A stretch of DNA of 64,000 nt. Origin: Mizuhopecten yessoensis (taxonomy: Eukaryota). The notes below the pieces were generated by a model. That model saw nothing but the letters and a program-made list of their open reading frames with translations, had not been told where the DNA came from and did not search any database. Shown piece by piece: positions 26,973-35,900 of this stretch; positions within the stretch are counted from its first letter, which is position 1; the number at the start of each line of letters is the position of its first letter. The stretch covers positions 413,624 through 477,623 of the forward strand of contig NW_018408752.1 of the NCBI RefSeq assembly GCF_002113885.1, in the 5' to 3' direction. Position numbers and translations under genes: made by a program.

Positions 26973-29900
26973 TTATTCTTTGCTTGCATTCTGTGCGAAG
27001 TTCACAGAATATCCACCAGTGTTCGGGTCCTGGTTGAGCTTGAAATTTTCCGTGGACAAGCCAAAGGGTTTAAGGATCATGTTTCCGAGGTCCTTTAGTT
27101 TACCTGTAAGTGAGAACACAAATTGGGTACACTGTGGTACTGTTACTGAAGTCACTGGTATACGTGCCTCCACTAGGAATCAGACTGTCAACTACAGATA
27201 ACAAGTTTAGTCCGGTGCTGTAACAATAGAATGATTGTAACGAGGGAATTCAGTCATGACCGGTAACAAGAGACTAGACTGAACATTCTATCATACACAA
27301 TACTGAGCTGTGTATATGGGTGTAAATATAACCAAGGTGTCAATGTATATGAGGAGTCAAACCCAAGACATCATATTACTAGTCCATAACCCTTCTGACT
27401 TTACCTTTTAGAGAGAATTTCCCCCTAGCCAATCACCGTTTTAATTAGGCAAGCATACAAATTGTGACTTTTTTATATATGATGTCATTGACCTTTATAA
27501 ATATCTTTTTTACAAGAGATAATTTGCATATTTTATTTCAAACAGTTACAGACACACTGATCGAGTTACCAATTTTAGTACTTACCCAACATTTCTTCTT
27601 TCATTTTCTCATTTCTTTCCTTTATTTGATCTGGTAGCCTCTGATAAATAAAACAAAATTACAACATAATTTTCAATTTGAATATCTACTTGCATTTCTC
27701 AGACAAGGAAATAATTCAACTTGAAATAAAAACATCAAGCAAACAAAAACTGACTTTGTTGATTCCTGATTTCCAGCTAGAGAATTACATTAGTTGGGAA
27801 TAAATGACAGTCATATAAAACTACTTTCAAATGTTCCATGATTTGCCAATGTTAAAATTAAATTGAAGTTTCTAATTGTTTGTGGTCTCTGAAGTATTAA
27901 TATGAAAGTTGTTTTATGGAAACAAATATTTGAGTTCTGAAATTCCTGTGGGGCTACTTAAATTGAGCCCATGATATTTTTTAAAATGATGTTCATGACT
28001 TGCCTGAATGCTTATAAAATCATATACTTTCTAAGCAACTACACATTGTCCTTTAGTATGCTTTTTACAAAAGTGATAGAAAGAATGAACTCTTAATAAT
28101 CAGAGATTATACTTTATTCACTAAACAGGTGGTACTAGATCTAGAGCCTTTAGTGTGGTACAGCCTATATTGTCATGACAGAAAGGGTGGTAACAGTGGT
28201 ATATTACAATACAGGTTACAGTGGTATCTTATACTACAGGTTTTACTGTAATTGATAAGAGAGATGGTCTTGTAATACAAGGTATACATGTATTGACAGG
28301 AAAGGTGGTACCTGTATCTTTATACAAAGTGCATAGTGGCCAAAGGGGTTGTCTTGGTATAGAGGTTAGACTATAGCAAAAGATAGCTTGTATGGTTAGA
28401 CTAGGGACATAACATATGGGTGTGGATTACATGTTATACAGTAGTGACAGTAGTCGTTGTTATTAGGTTATTCTACATGGACAACAGTTATCAACAATTA
28501 CGGGGCAATATTGGGTCTTTGTTCCAAAACAGCTCAAAGAAAGTCCTGTCCCTCCACACAGCTTTTACAGCATTCACAGAACCGCAAGTAGTGGAGAAAA
28601 AAATAACTGCTTATCGTGTCTCTCTATTGATTTGGTCCACTTACCATACAGGCGGCTCTAGCGGAGTGTTGACTAGGGTCGAGTTCCAGAACTTTCTGGT
28701 AGTCAACAAGAGCCTCATCTAGTTTATCTTCACCTTCGTACAGTTCAGCCCGCCTCAACAGGGCCTTCAGGTAGTGTGGGTGGAGATTTAGGGCATGCGT
28801 GCAATCCTTTATAGCATCCTCCTTGTGGTCCTTATAATAAAAATACCCAGGGTAAATTTGCATTTTGTCACAGATATCGCTTACTAATATAGAAAACATT
28901 TTCCTGGGATCATGGTTAAAATATTAAATGCAATTTGTCAACAAATATTGAGGCAGTCATTTACCAATATATGTCTCGTTATATAATTAAGTATGGAAGG
29001 CAACAGCATAGTTATCCTACTAACATGCATGAAACAAAGTCAGAACACTTAGTTTAAACATATTTTATTGATCAAAGATACAAAGGGATTGGACGATAAG
29101 TTATTTCAAGTCTGAACACTACAATGGGTACACAAGAAGTCATGCCAAGTTTTCTGCCATGATTAATTAATTCTGATGAATAAATTTCAAGAAAGCATGT
29201 CTTACCAGTTTAAGTTTACAGACAGCTCTGTTGGAAAACATGATAGCTCTGTCTTTTGGAAAGCTTAGCGGACATATATGCAGGGCTCTGGTGTAACATC
29301 GTATTGCTTCCTTGAAACTTTGATCCTTAAACAATTTGTTTCCTTCCTCTTTACAGCAACGTGCTTCATTCCTTTTTTCCTGTTGAAATAGTGAAAATAA
29401 TTTAACTTTAGATAATCTTATTAGCAGTGATGGGTTGTTATATATATATCAAACTACACAACATACAATCAGTGGATAATTTACCATGGCTGACAGTGGC
29501 TGTACATTGAAATACAGGAGTATGCACATATAAACTTAATGGCAAATTTGAATCTGTTCAAACTAGAACTGTAAGACAAAGGTTAACTAACACCCCCGCT
29601 CCTATAACTGGAAGCTAATTAAGGCTTACTAAGGCAAAGCATTGCAAAGTAATCCATATAGTCTCCCACCAGTAATGATTTCTTAATTGACGGAGCTATA
29701 CACTTATTTAATCATACAGGTCACTGACATACTTCCTGTACTCCCTCCCAATGCCAAAATGTAGTAGTGTATATTGTATATTGTGAACTTCCGGTATTTT
29801 ATTTTGTACTTCCGGTATTTTCTTTGTATTTCCGGTAAATATTGTGAACGTCCGGTAAACCATGGTACTTCCGGTATAACTTTAACTTCCGGTCGAATGT

Positions 29901-32900
29901 AACTTTCTGTATTTTCGTACTTCCGGTACGCTGTCAACTTCCGGTGACATTTTTGAAAAAAATCCAGTATTATTTAATATCTGTTATCAGCAAACATTTA
30001 TATTTGTATTGAGTTATTGTAGTAGAAAGTAATTGAATTATTTAATTGTATTTTTCAGTTATTCATTTTTTTTGTTCGCTTCAATATATTTCTAGTTTGA
30101 ATTGAATTTTGATTTCACTCAAGATTTATTGAAATGCTTTGATTGAATTTATTTTTTCCTCTCTTCAACTTTGATTATCTTGATTGTTTTCATATTGAGC
30201 TTTCATTTTTGATTTTGTTTAGTACAAATTGACGTTTCTTGGATTTTTCAAAATGTTTTTGTGAAAACAAATTGTGTATTTTTTTTGTTTGTTCTCGTGT
30301 CTTTAAATTAATTTATACGTGGTTGTCGGAAATATACTTTGCTTCAGAGGAGTCACTTGTTATTAATTTGACTTCGTGGTTTTATTTTGGAATTTATTTC
30401 TTTTGAAATTGGCTGGGTTTTTTTACTTAATTTTGGCTTAAGTTGTCTTATAGTGTTAAATTTCTGTTGTCATTGATAATTGATAAATTTACTTAGATTT
30501 TTGTTTTCATTTTTTCTTCTGTTTCGAAAGTTAACATGTAGGATTACTTAAGTAATTTTTTTTTCAAGTGGAATAGTTATTTTGTGGGTACATGCTTGGT
30601 CGCAGTTGATGTTGTTCTTTGTTACACGTGCTATGTGGATCTTTCTGTATTTATGTTGAATGGATGATGGTGCGTTAGATGCTATTTATCGCTAATCGGA
30701 TTGATTTTTTCGTTGACTTATTCGCGTGTATTTTGGCTGAACGCGACCGAATATCATTCTTCTTAGGATTTACATAGTTCTATTTCAGGTAAGTCATTTA
30801 ATTCATTGACGGTAGATGTGGCAGAGTTGGCTGGTTTTATTTGATTTATAAGTGTGTATATCTATGAGAACGAGAGTAAAATACTTGTTCTGTGTTTGGT
30901 GAGAACACATAGATGAACTTTGTTGGTTTGCTTGAATATTTTATTTGTGTTTTGTTGTGTTTATTGTGATACAGGTTTCGCGATGGCCGATTCTGAAGAA
31001 AAACTATCGCAGGCGGAAGCGATACTTCCACAAGAGGAAGCGGACTCTGTAGAGCATGTGTCTAAGTTGTTTTCTCAAATGGGTGCTAGACCTAAAGGTG
31101 ATAGTTTAGTTAAGTTAAGGAGTCAGATGATGGATTTCCTTAATTCAACAGGAGGATTGGACACTGCTAATCCGTCGATGGCTGGACAAGGGGTAAGTGG
31201 AAATGTTGTTTCTCAGGGTATTGGTTCTACCACAGGCACTCTGGACACGAGATTCTACAAGTTACCGTTATTTTCTGGAGATCAAGGAAAGGGTGAGGCT
31301 ACTTTCGATTTATGGAAATACGAAGTGCAATGTCTGATTGACACAGGTAAGTCACAGGATGTCATTGGGCAGTCTATCCGAAGATCTCTGAAGGGAACTG
31401 CAGCCAGAGTAGCCATGCGGTTAGGAGCTAATGCGACACCCGCACAGTTGATCGCCAAACTTAGAAGTCTGTATGGTATAGTAGATGACCAGGAGACTCT
31501 GTTGGAGAATTTCTATGCCGCACATCAGCAACCCAAGGAAAATGTGACTGAGTGGGCTTGTAGACTGGAAGACTTGTTGCTTAGAGCCGATTCTGGTATA
31601 GGACCTGCGGAACGCAATAAGCGGTTGCACAACAAGTTTTGGTCTGGTCTGAGGCAAGACTTAAGAGATGTTACTGGCCACAAGCATGACTCCATTGCTG
31701 ATTATGAAGAACTATGCATAGCAGTAAGATCTATAGAAAGGACAAGAGACAACGAGAAACCATCGAAGGCGACTGTTACTGTCAACTCAGCTGTTGAAGG
31801 GGAGGAGAAGGAGGATTTGAGGTCTGTGGTCAACCAATTGTCTGCTGCTATTCAGAGGTTAGAGAAGCAGATATCCGATGGTGGGACAACCTCGTGGAAG
31901 AACAACAGAGATCACAGGAACAGGAATAGAGGAAACTCTAACAACTACGGAGGAGGGTCTGTTTACCACTCTAAGCCGTCGCAAGAGAAGACTGACCAGG
32001 ATGACGCGTCTTGGGACAGGAAACCTGATATTATATGCTGGAGGTGCAGACAGCCGGGACATATCAGAGCGCGATGCAGGGTAAATATGGATCACTCGCG
32101 CAGTTCGGTAAAAGGGAAGGAGTCTATGAAGACGGACCACTCATAGATTTCCGAATTCAAGGTCCGAACAAGAGTACTAAGGCTACTAGGACAGGAACAC
32201 AAATGGTTGGCAATGCTAATGAAGTTGATGTCAACGTAGAAGGTAAGGGGACCAGGGCGTTACTTGATACAGGTGCGACCGTGTCTACGGTTAGCCAACA
32301 TTTTTATGAATGTCATCTGAGTCATTTGGACCTGCAGCCACTGGATGAAATTCTTTCTATAGAATGTGCTGATGGTCAACAGTTACCTTACTCCGGATTT
32401 ATCGAAGCGGGAGTCAGTTTTGAAGGACTATTTGGAAGAGATGAGCAGAGGTGTCTTTTGCTGGTAGTCCCCAACAGCAACTATAACTCCAAGGTACCAG
32501 TGTTGTTTGGAACCAACGTTCTGTCGGTATTGTTGGAAGGGTGTCGAAGCAGGAATGGACCGAAGTTCTTGCAGAAGGGATTGGATACTCCATGGTTTTT
32601 AGCATTTCGCTGTATGACATTGAGGGATCGGGATTTGGTGAGAAATCGCAACAGCATTGGCCTCGTCAAGAATGCAGGAAACATGGATTGCGTCCTTAGA
32701 CCGAACTCTACTATCACCCTGAAGGGATATGTAGACCAGCGGAGCGCCTATCCAACTACCTGTGCTATCATGCAGCCCACGGAACGATCCAAGCTGTCCA
32801 AAGATATTGATGTTACACCTACAGTGTTTTCATATGACTGCGACAGTACACATCCATTGGACGTTCAACTATCCAATCTGACAACACATACGTTTATCAT

Positions 32901-35900
32901 TCCTCCCAAGGCAATTTTATGTGAGATACAGCCAGTGATTGTCCAGGAACTTCCTACTGTTGATGGAGAGGTGGGAATACCGAAGTCATTTATGGATAAG
33001 ATAGACTTTACCAATTCAGCTGTTACGGAGGAGGAACTACAGCTAGGAACGAAACTCATAAAGGGATACGAGGATATATTTTCACACGGAGATACTGACC
33101 TCGGGTGTACTAATCTCGTGAAACATCGAATCGATTTGACGGATCCAGTTGCTTTTAAACAACGCCATAGGAGGATACCACCTTCTATGTATGACGAAGT
33201 GAAGACTCATCTTCAGCAACTTTTGTCTGCGGGAGTCATCAAACCATCATACAGTCCCTGGTCATCGAACATTGTTCTGGTGAGGAAGAAAGATGGATCA
33301 TTGAGGATGTGTGTGGATTTCCGACAGCTAAATCAACGCACCATTCGGGATGCATACGCGTTACCACGAGTAGAGGACATCCTGGATTGTTTAGCTGGAT
33401 CACACTACTTTACTGTGCTGGATTTAAAGTCGGGTTATCATCAGGTTGAGCTAGAGGAAGAACATAAGGAGCGAACTGCATTTACCGTCGGCCCACTGGG
33501 GTTTTATGAGTTCACGAGGATGCCTTTTGGACTTACGAACGCTCCTGCGACATTTCAGCGCCTGATGGAGAGATGCATGGGAGACCTACACTTAGCTATC
33601 TGCCTGATATATCTTGATGATTTAATCATCTTTTCGCGAACGTATGAGGAGCATCTGGAACGACTAGGAAAGGTTTTTCAGAGACTCAGAGACAACGGTT
33701 TGAAGCTTGCGCCTAAGAAATGCCAGTTCTTTATGAACAGAGTTGCCTATGTTGGACACATCGTCACACCGGAAGGCATTGAGGCAGATCCCAAGAAGAT
33801 TGAGAAGGTACGAGACTGGCCGACACCGTCTAATCCTGAAGAACTACGTCAATTCCTAGGTTTTGCTGGTTACTACAGGAAGTTTGTAAAGGATTTTTCA
33901 AAGATTGCGAGACCTTTAACTGACCTGTTACCACCGACCAGAGTAAAGAAGAACAAAGGAAGGGCAAAGACTAAGATAAATGGCGTTAAGTGGACATGGG
34001 CATCGGAGCATGATACAGCGTTCAACGGCCTGAAGGAAGCGTTATGCAATCCTCCTGTGCTTGGATATGCTAACTACAGTCAGCCGTTTGAGCTTCACAC
34101 CGATGCAAGTACCTTAGGACTAGGAGCCGTTCTATATCAAGAGCAAGATGGACAGTTACGACCTATTTGCTACGCCAGTCGAGGATTGAGCAAGTCGGAG
34201 AGGAATTACCCGGCTCATAAACTGGAATTCCTGGCGTTAAAATGGGCAGTTACCGAAAAGTTCCATGACCATCTATATGGACAGACGTTCACCGTTTTAA
34301 CGGACAACAACCCGCTGACCTACGTTTTGTCGAAAGCAAAGCTTGACGCGACGGGGCATAGGTGGTTGTCCGCTCTAGCGGCATACAACTTCGATATTAA
34401 GTATCGACCAGGACGGAACAACGCGGACGCAGACGCTTTGTCACGGCTTCCGGGATGTAACATATCATCAGAATCTGTCCAAGCCGTCTGTAAAGGAGCA
34501 ACGTTTTGTAAAGGTTCATTGGTGGAAAGCTTGAGCCTATCAACAGAGGTATTGGATATGCTTGACGTTGATGACGAACATGGTTTCCAAACCATGACAC
34601 CCCACCAGTGGCGAACTCTTCAGACGGAGGACGATGTTATAGGGGAATGGCTACCCATCATTAGGAGGAATCTGAAGCCAACACGGAAGAGGTTTTCAGC
34701 TATACCAGAAAACGCAACCCTTAACAGATGCTGGGATAGCTGGAAACTGAAACGTGGTGTGCTATATAGACGGGTATCTGATGGTGAGACCGATGTGGAC
34801 CAACTTGTACTTCCGGTTGCCATGCGAGAGAAGGTCCTGACGTCATTACACAATGACATTGGCCATCCTGGAAGGGATAGGACGTTATCTCTGCTGAGAG
34901 ATAGATTCTTTTGGCCTGGTATGACCAAAGATGTGGAAACGTGGTTGAAGGAATGCCAGAGATGTCTACTCAGGAAATCGTCGACTAGCATTAGGGCTCC
35001 GTTAGTCAACATTGTTACCACCCAACCTATGGAGTTGGTATGCATGGACTTCTTGAAACTAGAGGCGTCTAAAGGGGGGTTTCAAGATGTTTTAGTAATC
35101 ACCGACCATTTTACGAGGTATGCCAAAGCCATTCCAACTCGGAGTCAGTCGGCTAAAGCAACAGCGGAGGCTTTGCAGGGATTTATTGAACATTACGGAA
35201 TTCCGCGGAGATTACATTCCGACCAAGGAGCTAACTTCGAGGGGAAAGTAATAGAAAGTTTGTGCGAAACATTTCATATTACTAAATCGAGAACGACACC
35301 ATACCATCCTAGCGGAAATGGAATGTGCGAACGTTTCAACAGAACCCTGATCGACATGTTAGGCACATTGGAACCGCATCAAAAGAAAGACTGGAAGAGC
35401 TTTGTGGGTTCGCTCACATATGCGTACAACTGTACACGGCATAAGACAACGGGTTATTCGCCATTTCAGCTGATGTTTGGACGACAGCCACGATTGCCCG
35501 TTGATCTATTGTGTGGAGTAAACGAGGAAATTACCCCAACTAGCATGCCGGATTATGTCAAAAACATGAGGAACCGGATGTCACATTCGTTCAGCTTAGC
35601 GAGTAAGAAGGCTCGGGAATCGCAGAGTCGTCAGAAGGCAGGCTACGATCTACGTAGTAGAGAAGCCGTTTTGGAACCGGGTGACCGCGTTCTTGTTAAG
35701 GTACTTGCCTTTGAGGGACGTCACAAGCTAGCGGATCGCTGGGAGCCTGACGTATACATCGTACAGAGTCAACCCAACATTGACATTCCGGTATACACCA
35801 TACTTCGAGAGAGTGGTGAAGGAAAGAGTAGAACTCTTCACAGAAACCATCTACTTCCAATTGGAACTATACCGGTGGAAGTGGATACGGTACCCATTGC

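Noticed and set aside
30815-30835. TGGCAGAGTTGGCTGG as the Gypsy PBS
   Set aside because: Not preceded by an LTR ..CA end, lies inside the predicted leader intron, and I cannot match it to a tRNA 3' end.
30983-32146. Domesticated PNMA/Arc-like host gene
   Set aside because: Gag is linked to an intact pol, PPT, LTR and TSD, so it is part of a transposon.
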